A stretch of 64,000 nt of DNA from Dictyostelium discoideum (taxonomy: Eukaryota), in assembly GCA_000004695.1 (NCBI GenBank), contig CM000154.2, positions 3,712,001 through 3,776,000 of the forward strand, in the 5' to 3' direction. A program made the translations under genes and the position numbers. The notes under the pieces were generated by a model. That model worked only from the letters and a program-made list of their open reading frames with translations. It was not told the origin of the DNA and did no database searches. Every line of letters begins with the position of its first letter. The first letter of the stretch is position 1. This document shows positions 34,468 to 46,179 of this stretch, piece after piece.

Positions 34468-34722
34468 TGATAAAAAAAAAAATGTTGAAATAAAAAAAAA
34501 TTCTGGAATAAACTAAAAAGGTTTTAGTAAAAAAAAAAAAAAAAAAAAAAACCCTAATTTAGGTAAACCTAATAATGAAAAAAAAATGGAAAAATTAAAA
34601 AATTTGGAATTGGAAAAACAAAAAAAAAAAAAAAAAACATCAAACTAATTTCTAATATATATTTTTATTTATTATTTTATTATTATTATTTATAATTTAT
34701 TATTTATTAATTTATTATTTTA

Positions 34723-37553
34723 TTAATTATTTGATTCAACAAATTTAATAGCTAATTTTTTAACTTCATTTGTAGTGAAATTTGAACCAAATTCTTTTTC
34801 AAATTGTAAGAATCTTTTAAAGAATTGTTTAATATTTCTATCAGAAACTTTCAAAGCGATGGTACGATTGAATAGCATTCTAATTTTTTCTTTTAATTCT
34901 TTACTTGATTTGATGGATTCTTTATCACGTAATTCCATATCCAAGTAGATATTCCAAATATCGGTTCTATTTGGATAATTTGAAACCAAACCTTCGAAAA
35001 TGGTACGACCTCTTTCGATATCACCCAATTTATATTCCAATTGAGCAAATTTATTAATGACTTTAATTTGTTTCTTTTTTGGTAAAATTTCAAGGGCACG
35101 AGATAAGATTGAATTGAAAACCTCGATGTTATTGCATTTTAAGAGGAATTCACCATAACGACACCAAACCTTTGCACTATGTTTACCATCCTTTTTGAAA
35201 AGCATTTTAAAGTATTCTTCGGTACGTTCGAATTTACCAGTGTTTTCCAAAATGTTAATGATTGTGAGATACATTGTTTTTGGATCTTGATATTGAATTG
35301 AACGTTGGAATAATTTTAACAATGAATCTGGTGTACCATAAAGATTTTCAAGATTGTACATTGCAATCCAAATATTTCTTTGTTCCAATACTTGAGTTGG
35401 TATAATCTTTTTAATTGCACGTTCACCGATTTCTCTAGCTTTATTAATTTCACTTAATCCAAGATAATAAGACATGAATTTAATCCAAATATAAGAAGAA
35501 TTTGGTGTACCAAGAATCATTCTTTCAAAATCTTGTGGTCCTTCTGGTGCAACATTATTATTTGCTAATAAATCTTCTCTCTCTTGAATCTCTTGTTCTA
35601 ATTTATTTTTATTTTTATTTTTTTCTGTTTTTTGTTTCTTTTTACTATCAGTAATTTCATCTTCATCAATTTGTTCATCATCATTAATTTCTTTTCTTTT
35701 CTTTGATAATATACTATTAATTAATGATGTTGATTTAAATTCATCATCATCATTATCTTGTTTATTTTCAACTTGTTCTTCTTCTTCTTCTTCTTCTTGT
35801 TCTTTAATTGTTTCTAATTTATTTTTATTTTTATTATTATTATTTATTGTTGTTGTTAAATCAGATAATTGAGTTAAAAATGATTTAATTGGTAATGTTG
35901 AAATTATTTTAGTTGGTTTTAAAGGTTGATAAATTTCTTCAATTGGATCTTCTTGATCCCAATTACATTTAAGATATTGTTCCATATCAATTGATTGAAA
36001 ATGTTCAGGTTTTAAAGTGAATTTAAAGATTGTTTTACCTTTTTCTTTATTCTTTTCTTTACCAATACATTTACCTAAAACAAATTCACCAACTGAATAT
36101 AATTTATCAATTTGTTCTGGATCAACAGGTTCATCATCCAATTCAGAGATATGAGCTAAACCTGAAACTTTTTTATTTTTAACAAATAAACCATAGTTTT
36201 TGATTGAAATGATTTCTAATGGAATAATATCATTGACTTCAATTGTTTTTGGTGTTAATGCAGTTTTATCAACATGTAAATGTGCTTTAACAACTTGTAA
36301 AGAACCTTCAATTGTTGGTTCACTTGAAATTACAACACGTACTAAACGACCAACATCACAACTACTCAATAAGAATGGACCAACATCTTCAACTTGTAAA
36401 ATTGCAATCAACTGACCTTTTAATTCAACACGAATGATTTGTTGAGTCTTTTCAATAACAAAACCCCAAACTTGTGCACCAACTGTAAAATCAGTAGTAA
36501 TTGAACGTTTAACTGAACGTTGATGTTTATATTTTGGATTCATTTCCCAAGTTTTCAAACCTAATAACGATTTATAAGTTGATAATAATATACCTTCTTT
36601 ACCAATTGATTTAACACAAACCATTATCAATGTATCTGTTTTATAGATTGAAAGTGGATTAGTTCTTAGCTCATCATTTAAATCTATTAATCTAACTTCA
36701 CCACTTAGGTTATTATATAATTGAACTTTAATTGATAAATTTCCAACTTCCTTAATTAAACCAATCATTATATCACCAACTTTCATTTTTTCATTACTAA
36801 TTGATTCTTTACCAATTGATAAATAAATTTTATTATCAATACCAATTGATTTAATTAAACATTTAACAAATGTATTTTTTTCTTTTAATGCTATTATAAA
36901 ATTAATTATATATTAATATATATATATATATATATGTGTGTGAGTGTGTGTGTATTCTTTTTATTTTTTCATTTTTAATAAATAAACTTACATTTAAATT
37001 GTGAAATATTTTTAAAATTTGAAATAATTTCAATTGTACCAATTTGAGTTGGTGAAATCCAACAAGTTATTTCATTTACAGAGGTTAAACCATAAACGAT
37101 TGCATCAACTTGTTGACCAACTTTAAATTGTTTAGATTGTGGTTTTAATTGTTCAAACATTGTTAAAGTGATAATTTTTGCAGTTGGTTCAATTGAAACG
37201 ATAAAACAATTGAGTGTATTACCCTTTTTAATTGAATTTAATACTGATTCACCTTCTTTATCTGGTAATGGAATATTACAAACATGAAGTTTACCAATAT
37301 AATCTTCAAAAGTAGTTATAACTTCAAAATCTCTAATCTCTTTAACACAAACTTCAATTTTATTTCCAATTTTAAATTTATCATTTTCATTAATTTCTTT
37401 TTTATTTACAATTTTTTCATTTTTTGGAATTGATTTAGTGGTTGTTGATGTTGTAGTTGATTTTGGAGAAATAGTAGTTGGTTTAGTAATAACTTTTTTT
37501 GTTGATGTAACTGTAGTTGGTTTTGTTGCTGTTTTTTTTACTTTTTCTACCAT
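34723..37553 (-). CDS. RRP5/PDCD11-like rRNA-processing protein (S1 RNA-binding domains + C-terminal HAT repeats), 2 exons, about 909 aa
   Basis: Exons complement(36992..37553, 34723..36890), with donor AAAT|GTAAGT and acceptor TAATAG. S1-like segments include GDIMIGLIKEV..., GAQVWGFVIEK... and VSGLAHISELDDEPVDPEQIDKLYSVGEFVLGKCIG. The HAT region FERMILGTPNSSYIWIKFMSYYLGLSEINKAREIGERAI...NIWIAMYNLENLYG is collinear with the yeast Rrp5 C-terminus. The start ATG is taken at 37553; upstream MKKKKKK is low-complexity. Confidence 0.75.
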
Positions 37554-37809
37554 TTTTAAAAAAATGTTATTTGATCGAAATAAATAATTAAAAATAATCG
37601 TACAACAACGTAAAAAATAAAAATAAAAAAAAAAAATAAAAATAAAAAAATAGTCGTTTTTTTTTTTTTTTTTTTTCAAATTTAATTTTTTTTTATTTTT
37701 ATTTTATTTTTATTTTTATTTTTTTTTTTAAGAAAATCTGGAAAAACGAAAGATTAAAAAAAAAAAAAAAAAAATAAAAATAAAAATAAAAATAAAAATA
37801 AATTAAACC

Positions 37810-39153
37810 ATGGAAACATTATTAACATCACTTAATACAACATCAATTGGTTCTAATATTACAACAACAACAACAACAACAACAATCACAACAACAATCC
37901 CAACAACAACCACAACAACAACAACAATCCCAACAACATCAAATAATAATGATAATAAAGAAGAAGAAATTTTAATACCATCATTATTATCATCAGAATT
38001 AATTTCAAATTCAAAGAATTCAATAATTAAACAATCAAAAGAAAAAGGTAGATATGTTGTAGCAAAAAGAGATATTAAAGCTGGTGAAAGTATTGTATTT
38101 AGAGAAGAACCATATGTAGTTTGTATGAATTATAAAGATCCATATGAAAGAAAGATTTGTCATCATTGTTTTGGATTATCATCAACTACATCAAAATCAA
38201 TGATAACTACACCTGATTTTACATTACATTGTGAAACTTGTAATATCGTTTGGTATTGTTCAAACTATTGTCAATCAAATGACCTTACCTATCATAAACA
38301 TGAATGTTTTACCTATAAAAGAATGCAATCATCATCACAATTTGATACATCATGTAAAACTTCAATTAAATTATTACTAAAATTAATAATTAAACAATAT
38401 TTAGAAATTAAAGAATTATCAATTAAAATAAATAATGATTCTTCATCACCATCATCATCAGTTAAATTTAAAGATATTTTAACATTAGAAACTAATTTAA
38501 ATAAATTTTCAACACAAAGAATTACAGAATTTAGAATGATTTCAAAATTTATTGAAAAAACAATGGATAAAGAATTTTTAAAAATTATATGTCCAACTAA
38601 TAGGGAGGTTATAGAATTTCAAAATAATTTAATAAAGTTAATGTGTATATTAGAGTGTAATTCCCATGATATTTCATTTACTATTCCACAATCAACCAAA
38701 TCATCATATGAATACTGTTCGATTGGTATTGGTCTTTTCTATCATTCATCAATGTTTAATCATAGTTGTAATCCAAATATTTGTAAAGTGATTGAAAGTA
38801 AACAACATGCACAACCAATTTCCAATGAAATGGTGGAATATTCAGGTAACTTTGCAACACATTCAATGATTGCAATTAAAGATATTAAAAAAGATGATGA
38901 AATCTCTTTTAACTATATTCAAATCACACTTTCAAAAGTTGATAGATTAAAAAAATTAGAATCTGCTTATCATTTTCAATGTAAATGTTCAAGTTGTATT
39001 GGTGATATTAATCATAAACCATCAATTAAATCTCATTCACAATTTATTGAAAAATATATTTGTAAATCTAAATCTGGAAATTGTTCTGGAATTTTATTCC
39101 CGTTAAATGATAATTTAATTTGTAATATTTGTAGACCAATAATTTTAAAATAA
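37810..39153 (+). CDS. SET and MYND domain (SMYD-like) protein lysine methyltransferase, single exon, 447 aa
   Basis: The MYND zinc finger is CHHCFGL...HCETCNIVWYCSNYCQSNDLTYHKHEC. The SET C-terminal motifs are FNHSCNPNICKV, ISFNYI and a post-SET CKCSSC. There is an N-terminal poly-Thr tract. Confidence 0.8.
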   Translation: METLLTSLNTTSIGSNITTTTTTTTITTTIPTTTTTTTTIPTTSNNNDNKEEEILIPSLLSSELISNSKNSIIKQSKEKGRYVVAKRDIKAGESIVFREEPYVVCMNYKDPYERKICHHCFGLSSTTSKSMITTPDFTLHCETCNIVWYCSNYCQSNDLTYHKHECFTYKRMQSSSQFDTSCKTSIKLLLKLIIKQYLEIKELSIKINNDSSSPSSSVKFKDILTLETNLNKFSTQRITEFRMISKFIEKTMDKEFLKIICPTNREVIEFQNNLIKLMCILECNSHDISFTIPQSTKSSYEYCSIGIGLFYHSSMFNHSCNPNICKVIESKQHAQPISNEMVEYSGNFATHSMIAIKDIKKDDEISFNYIQITLSKVDRLKKLESAYHFQCKCSSCIGDINHKPSIKSHSQFIEKYICKSKSGNCSGILFPLNDNLICNICRPIILK

Positions 39154-39344
39154 TAAATAAATAAATTAATAAAAATCTTAAAAAGAATACAATATTTTAT
39201 TTTATTTGTTTATTTTATTTATTTATTTTATTTTTTAAAATATTTTAATAATTAATAATAAAATCTTATTTTTTTTTTCTTTATTTTTTATTTTTTTTTT
39301 TCCTTTTTTTTTTTTTTTTTTTATTTTATTTTCTCTTTTTTTTT

Positions 39345-39580
39345 TTAATCAAAATGTAAAGTTGAATAAATTTTCTTTGTAAACCAAAGATTACCTAAAA
39401 AACCAATACTTGAACAAAATAATGAAACCAAAATTGAAAATACTAAACTAAACATAAAATAATAAAATCCAACACCTTCTGTTTCAATTCTTGTAATACC
39501 AAAATAAATAAAATAAATAAATGTATATAAACCTGTTACCATTGGACCAAGTAATGATCTCCACCACCAATTATAATTCT

Positions 39581-39612
<32 letters not shown>

Positions 39613-41712
39613 TATAGAAAGAATTAATAATGGTTTTTAGTTTTGTTATTAATAAGAATTACATATCAGTATATATATATAAATTATTATTATAATTGAA
39701 AAAAACTTACTTCTAAAGATAATTGATAATATTCAATAATCATATTTGTTTCAACAATTGAAATTATCATTAAAATAAAAGTTAAAGCAAAACTTAATGA
39801 ATAAGAATAATGTTCACCTAAAACCCAACTTGATAAAAAGAATGATAAATCTGTGAAAATGATAACAAATGGAATTATACCACCTAGAATCATATGAAGA
39901 TATTGATTTTGATACCATTTTGCAGTTGGAATAAAACGTGGAATTGGATTAATTCTAACTGGATATTCAGCTGGTGGCCATGTTCTAACGAAATATGAAC
40001 TTAACAATGAACATGGTACACAAACCAATAACCACATTGCCAATATGAAAAATACTGTTCCTATTGATGCACCATATGTAAATTTATTTGACCAAACTTG
40101 AAAATATCCAATAAACATTAATAATAAAATTGTAAATGGTATTAATGTTGTTGTCTTTATTAAAAATTAATAAAAAAAAGTATTAGTTTTAATAATTAAT
40201 AAATAAAATAAAAATAATATGTGCACCATTTGTGTTAAAATATAAATATGATACATTACAATTACAGAATTATATAATTTTCTAGTACCACCTAACATTA
40301 TATAAGTTCTCATTGAAGAATAACCATTAAAAATACCAGTAAAAGAGAAAATTAAAATTGAAGCAATTGCCATACCACCAGGTGTAGCGATTGAAGTTAA
40401 ACCAGCCACAGAGAATACCATTAGAATAAAGAGTGATGCAACGATTTGAACACCAAAACCAATGATGATACTAAATGTCATGAAATTATTTGGAGATCTA
40501 AATACGTCGGCATAAATTGATTTCCAACCACCATCATCTGGTGATAATTGTGTATAGGTTTTACTATTTGTTTTTCTAAAGATTTTCAATAGAATGATTG
40601 CTAAACAAGCTGAAACTGCCAATACTATTATAAAACTCATTATTATATCAATATTTGATAGTTTGAATTGATTTACATAATAAATTGACCAACTTTGAAA
40701 TGATTTACCACTATTGGTAGTGGTGGTTTCATGATTTCGAATTGAATATGTATATTGAATTGTTAATTGCTTGATTTTATCATCATCAAATAATTCTGGA
40801 CTAATTTCAACACCACCAATACCAGAATCAATTTTACAATCAACACATGAATATGGTTCAACATTAACCGATTTTATCGTATAGAATCCTTTATCACTTT
40901 TAGTTGATGTTGAATTTATAATTATAATTAAATGATTATATAAATAATATTTTGAATTATATTTAAATCCAATTGGATGACCTAAATAAATATGATCATT
41001 CTCTGTATCATCATCATCTTCTTCTTCTATTGATGATGATGGTGATGATGATGAAGATGATGATGAAGATGGTGATGATGGTGGTGATGTTATTTCTGAT
41101 GATTTTGAATTACTATTATTATATTCTACTAATCTATTATTTTTAAATAACTCACCAATTGGCAAATCATCAATAAAACTAAAAATAATATAAAATTAAT
41201 AAATTTATTTTATTTTATTTTATTTTTTAAAAAATTACATACAAATTTATTCTAAAATGTTTATCAATTAAATATTTTAATTGATTAACATCATCTAATG
41301 TATAATTGATTGGTTTACCTAATGCTATACAATCTACTGATGTATGTAAACTTACTTCATCATATAGTGAAGTTGAATTTAAATCACCTGCCAACTTTGA
41401 CATAAATGATTGTTTATATTCTATTGTACTTGGTTTTGGGAATGGATATTTATAATAATCAAATATTGATAGTCCTGACCTAACATTATTCATCTAAAAT
41501 ATGAATAAATATATATCTATATGTTAATTATATTACTACCAATCATCTACTACCCTACTTTTAATAATAATAATAATAATAATAATACTTACATATACAG
41601 GTATCTTGTCATTTGTTTTATAATAATTTGGTTTAGAATATGATATATAACGTGAATCTATAACATTATTAGAAAAAAATAATAATAATAGTACAACTAT
41701 AATATTTAACAT
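39345..41712 (-). CDS. transmembrane 9 superfamily (nonaspanin / Phg1-like) protein, 5 exons, about 653 aa
   Basis: Exons complement(41593..41712, 41243..41493, 40266..41178, 39711..40154, 39345..39578). Exon 1 is the signal peptide MLNIIVVLLLLFFSNNVIDS. Luminal N-domain features include YYKYPFP and GHPIGFKY. The C-terminal half has nine TMs with TM9SF signatures NGYSSMRTY, IIEYYQLSLE|NYNWWWRSLL and GFLGNLWFTKKIYSTLHFD*. An acidic/Ser-rich insert SPPSSPSSSSSSSSSPSSSIEEEDDDD is present. The exon-3 donor is ambiguous between 40266 (GTAATT) and 40260 (GTAATG). Confidence 0.8.
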
Positions 41713-41920
41713 ATTTATTATTACTATTTTATTTATATGTTTATTTTTTTATTTTTTTTTTGGTTTATGTCCTTCAAAATAAGAAAAAAAAAAAAAAAAA
41801 AAAGGGAGAAAAATAAAAAGAAAAAAATAAAATTTTAATTTTCAAAACAAAAAAAAAAAAAAATTAAAAAAAATAAAATTAAAAAAAAAAACTTATCCGA
41901 ACTAGGTGGTCAACTTAACC

Positions 41921-41960
<40 letters not shown>

Positions 41961-42059
41961 CCTGTTTATTTTTTTTTTTTTTTCGATTTTTAGATTTTTT
42001 TATTTTTTAGATATTTTATTTTTTATTTATTTTATTTTTAGATTTATTTTTATTTTTAT

Positions 42060-43076
42060 TTATTTATTAATTAAATATTCTCTTTCCATTTGTTTATTTG
42101 GTTTATTTACAACTTTTCTTTTCATTAATTTTAAGAATTGAGGAGAGGTTGCCCAAACTAAACTATTTGCTAAAGCTTGTAAACTAACGGAAACAGCATC
42201 TAATAGAATAAAGAAAGTTTTCTCTATTCCAAAATATTCTAGAGTTCTTAATACAGTAGCAGGGAGCCAAAATATGATGAAAATCAATACGAATTTCATT
42301 AATTGAATTTTGAATTCCCTAGCTTGTTGATTGTATCTCATTGATTCTGTGGGTAATAGTGATGATGGTTTACTTTTCTTCATCTTTACTAAAATCAATA
42401 TTAAAATGATAATCGATGTTGTAATTGTGAAATACAATGGCACCAATTCAAAGAATCTATAAGGATTATTAGCACCAACTATCCAACAACCTGTTGATGA
42501 TGGTCCATATTGTTTACTTATACCAATTATCGTTGCATTAACTAAACAAAATCCCCATACAAATAAATGATACCATTTTAATGTTTTATCAATTGAATTT
42601 TGTTTATTACTATTATTACCACCACCACCACCACCAATATTATTACTACCAATATTATTATTATTATTCTTTTTTTTCATTTCAAAATAACTGTGAAACA
42701 CTTTCACAGTCATAGTATATGACCACATAATTGTTGCTTGTCCAAAAAATTGTGAAAATAATCCTAATGAAAACTAAATAAAATATTAATAATTTTTTTT
42801 TTTTTATTTTTTTTTTTAAAAAAAAATACATACACAATAAGGATTAGTATCAGTTGATGAGGTTTCGTCACTGAATTGTGGTATATTTATATAATAGAAT
42901 ATAATTGTTATGATATATTTGGATGTAAAAAAGAAATCGGAAATTGCTTGAAAGAATATAAAATTTGAACCACTATTTTTAAGCTTCGCATATAATAACC
43001 ATGTAATTATAATAAATAATGACCCTATCATTGATATGGGCGCACATATCATATAAATTAATATGATATCCTTCAT
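42060..43076 (-). CDS. 7TM receptor, cAMP-receptor-like (Dicty CAR/Crl family) GPCR, 2 exons, about 318 aa
   Basis: Exons complement(42834..43076, 42060..42773), with donor CCTTATTGT|GTATGT and acceptor TTATTTAG. Seven hydrophobic helices are predicted. GCWIVGANNPYRFFELVP resembles the cAR ECL2/TM5 region with its WCWI motif. A poly-N/G loop is present. Family assignment is by weak similarity only. Confidence 0.5.
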
Positions 43077-43804
43077 CTTTTATTATTGAAAAAAAAAATA
43101 AAAAAAAAAAAATAAATAAAAAAAGTATTTATTTTTTTTTTTTTATCTTTTGTGTAATATTTTCTAAAAAAAAAAAATAAAAAAGTGAATAGAAAAAAAA
43201 AAAAATAAAAAAAAATAAAAAAAAAATAAAAAAATAAAAATAATAGAGTGAGATTTATGTGGGTTATGAGAGAGAATGTCACTTTTTTTTTTTTTTTTTT
43301 TTTTTTTTTCAAAGTTTTTTAATTTTTTAATTTTTTTTATTTATTTTTTTTATTTTTTTCAGTCTGAATGGATTTAAAATTTGTGATTAAAAAATGATAT
43401 TAAATTGATTGAAATATTATAATCTAATAAATGATAAAATTTTATTATTTATTTTTATTTATTTATTTATTCTATTCTAATAAATTTTTTTATTTTTATA
43501 TTTTTATTTATTTTTATTTATTATTTATTTTTATTCTTATTTTTTTTTAATTTTTATTTTTTTTTTTTTTAAACTCCAACCGACAAATTTTAAAAAAAAA
43601 AAAAAAAATATAATTTAAAGATATTTACAATGTGGTGGTTTGATAGTTTATTTTTTTAATTTCAATCCAAATGATTATCACTTTCATTTGGATTGAAAAA
43701 AAAAAATAAAAAAATAAAATTAATTATTTCTTGATTCAGAAAAAAAACAAAAATTAATTATTACTTTTTTTTTTTTTGGAATGGAATAAAAAAATTTAAT
43801 ATTT

Positions 43805-43910
43805 GGTCGGATGGTATAGTCCCTTATAAGGCTATCATAATAGATCATTTCAATTGGTCAGATGGGTAGTCCCTTAGTTATCATAATTAACGATGTTACG
43901 AAACCTAAGG
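43805..43910 (+). other. two tandem degenerate copies of a tRNA-Val 5'-half-like sequence (A-box region)
   Basis: GGTCGGATGGTATAGTCCCTTAT...TATCATAAT and GGTCAGATGGGTAGTCCCTTAGTTATCATAATT resemble positions 1-25 of the bona fide tRNA-Val at 49819 (GGTCGGATGGTGTAGTCGGTTATCAC). No T-arm or acceptor 3' strand is present. Confidence 0.4.
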
Positions 43911-44291
43911 TTGTTTATTACAAATTTTAAATTATTATTTTCACTCTGTTCATTATTATTTCTAAAATTAGAATTATTTTAATTATTCTCTTATAGTAAA
44001 TTATGTGTTGTAATATAATTGTGTAAATATGCAATTATTGTAAATTATTAAATATGTTTATTATAATTTTTCAAACATAATCAACCTTATTATATTTAAT
44101 TTCTTAATTTATTTAATTGTATTTCTCTAATAAAAGGTTTTAACATAACATGAGCAATAATTTATGCGAGTATTTTAATTATTTTATTAAGTTTTTAATT
44201 ATATATAAAATTATTGTGGAGATATTCAGCAATTATGTCGATTCATTTTATACAGTTTAAAAGAAAATTAAAATTTATTTTTTTATTAGTT

Positions 44292-44370
44292 TTTATATTT
44301 TTAATTCAAGGACTAAGAGACCCAGAAGTTGAAACTGAGAATCGAACTCACGACATTAAAATTGCGATTC
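44292..44370 (-). repeat. ~90-bp dispersed repeat R (copy 1) carrying a tRNA B-box-like motif
   Basis: On the minus strand it reads AATCGCAATTTTAATGTCGTGAGTTCGATTCTCAGTTTCAAC...AGTCCTTGAATTAAAAATATAAA. It is about 90% identical to 49702..49790. GAGTTCGATTCTC matches the pol III B-box consensus GGTTCGANTCC. Confidence 0.6.
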
Positions 44371-44495
44371 TTTTTTTTTTTTTGAATTGGATAACGCAAT
44401 TATTATTTGCTTCTCCTTGAGATGTTAGATCTCATTTTATTTTATTTTTTTTTTTTTTTTTACAGGGTCTCTAAAAGAGGGGTTAGTTTACTTTT

Positions 44496-46079
44496 TTTTT
44501 TTTTTTTTTTTTTTTGTTTCGAATTTTGAATTGTATTATTACTTTTGATTAAAACATCTTTTTTGTCCAAACTTTTTTCTAAATCTTTTTTTATTTTATC
44601 GTCTGGTTCGTGATTGATGTTTATGACGTATTTGAATTGTTTTTTTTTTAATTGAGTTTTATCCACAATTTCGCTTATTTTTTGTAGGCATTTGTGTTGC
44701 TTAATATTTGTGGTGTTGTTTGTAATTTTCATTTTATTTTCTTTCTATTTTTTATATTTTTCTTTAAAAAGTTAAAAATCTGGAAATTTTCTGATTAACT
44801 TGGTTCCCAGNNNNNNNNNNNNNNNNNNNNNNNNNNNNNNNNNNNNNNNNNNNNNNNNNNNNNNNNNNNNNNNNNNNNNNNNNNNNNNNNNNNNNNNNNN
44901 NNNNNNNNNNATTGCGTGAAGAGGTGAGTTCCATTGTCTGCTAAATTGTAATAGCTTTAGCGAGATTAGTGAGTCTAATTTATTTTGTTCTTCTGGCCGT
45001 TGTTTTGATTTGATTCTTAATGTTTTGTTTATAACCGCTTGTGTCCTGTCCCATGCAGCTCTTTGTGTTTTAATTAGTTCACGTATGACTTGTTGTCTGT
45101 GAATTATTATTTCTTTTTCATCGTGAATGAGTTTATTTCTTTTGTGCCAGATTTTATCGAATATAATAGCTATTAAATTGGCTACTAGTGCAATTTGTAG
45201 ATGGTTTAAAATCTTCACATTCCAGGTGTGAGTGGTGTGTCCAGACTTAGTTAGGGTGTAGTTGAAGATTTCTTGTGTGTTTTTGATGTGGGCTTTGCAG
45301 TTGAAGAATATATGTTCTGAGGTCTCATCTTCCCCACACTGTTGGCATGGCATGTTGTATATTTTTGGTAGTGCTTTCAGTGTGTATCTCCATAATAGAT
45401 CTCTACCTTTCATGTTTATTATTTTTTTGATTTCTTTAAATGGAAGGTGTTTGCTATTAATTTTGGTCATTATTTCTTTTTGGCCAGGAGTTGGTATGAA
45501 TTTGTTGTGTTCAGGAGATTGAGTTGTCATCATATCCTCGTATATTTTTTTTAATTTTGGGAGGTGTTCGTAGTGTGTTTGTTTATTTTGTGGAGTTTTT
45601 AATTGGGTCCATGCTTGCTTGCATTGCCAGTGTAGTTGTAGTTGATTTTGTTTTGTTGTTGTTTTGTTGTTGTTGTTGTTTTTGAGTTCCTCTTCCCACA
45701 GTTTTATATATGAACTAGGAGTGTTACTTACTCTTTGGTGGAGGTATCTTTCGAATAACCATGCTTTCTGTGCTAGTTCTCTTGTCTTCAGGTTCCATAA
45801 GTTTAGGCCACCATTGATATAGTTGTTTTGTCTTCTTTGTAGTGAAAGAGAGTTTTTAGATTTTGTGTTGAAAACGAATTTTACGATGTTATTTTCAATA
45901 CTATTGTGTTGTGGTGTGGTGTTGATGTAAGTGTGGAACGTTAACTGAGATAGTGCATATGTTTTTGCCATTATGAGTCTGCCCATATAGGTTGATGAAG
46001 TTGAGTTCCATGTTACTAGTTTAGCTCTGATGTTGTCTGAGATTGTATTGATTTTGGATTTGATACCCTTATTGTGAAG
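44496..46079 (-). mobile_element. 5'-truncated non-LTR (TRE-type LINE) retrotransposon copy, 3' end with poly(A)
   Basis: The minus strand encodes the C-terminal part of an ORF2 (44772..46079, interrupted by gap 44811-44910) with a Cys-His knuckle CQQCGEDETSEHIFFNC. It is homologous to the C-terminal regions of the two other RT ORFs in the window (GGLNLWNLKTRELAQKAWLFERY against GGWNIWNIELRQLAQKLWIINQF). A T22 run at 44496-44517 is the poly(A) tail. The element runs into gap 46080-46179. Confidence 0.75.
44811..44910. other. assembly gap (N run)
   Basis: 100 N. Confidence 0.99.
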
Positions 46080-46179
46080 NNNNNNNNNNNNNNNNNNNNN
46101 NNNNNNNNNNNNNNNNNNNNNNNNNNNNNNNNNNNNNNNNNNNNNNNNNNNNNNNNNNNNNNNNNNNNNNNNNNNNNNN
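46080..46179. other. assembly gap (N run)
   Basis: 100 N separating two inverted retroelement copies. Confidence 0.99.

Noticed and set aside
34893-36415. ORFs 34893-35099 (minus) and 36200-36415 (plus) inside the RRP5-like gene
   Set aside because: They are alternative-frame or antisense readings inside a long well-supported CDS.
44214-44420. Plus-strand 68-aa ORF covering repeat R copy 1
   Set aside because: The frame is open only by chance across the B-box-like repeat. The same sequence at 49700 is not open in that frame.
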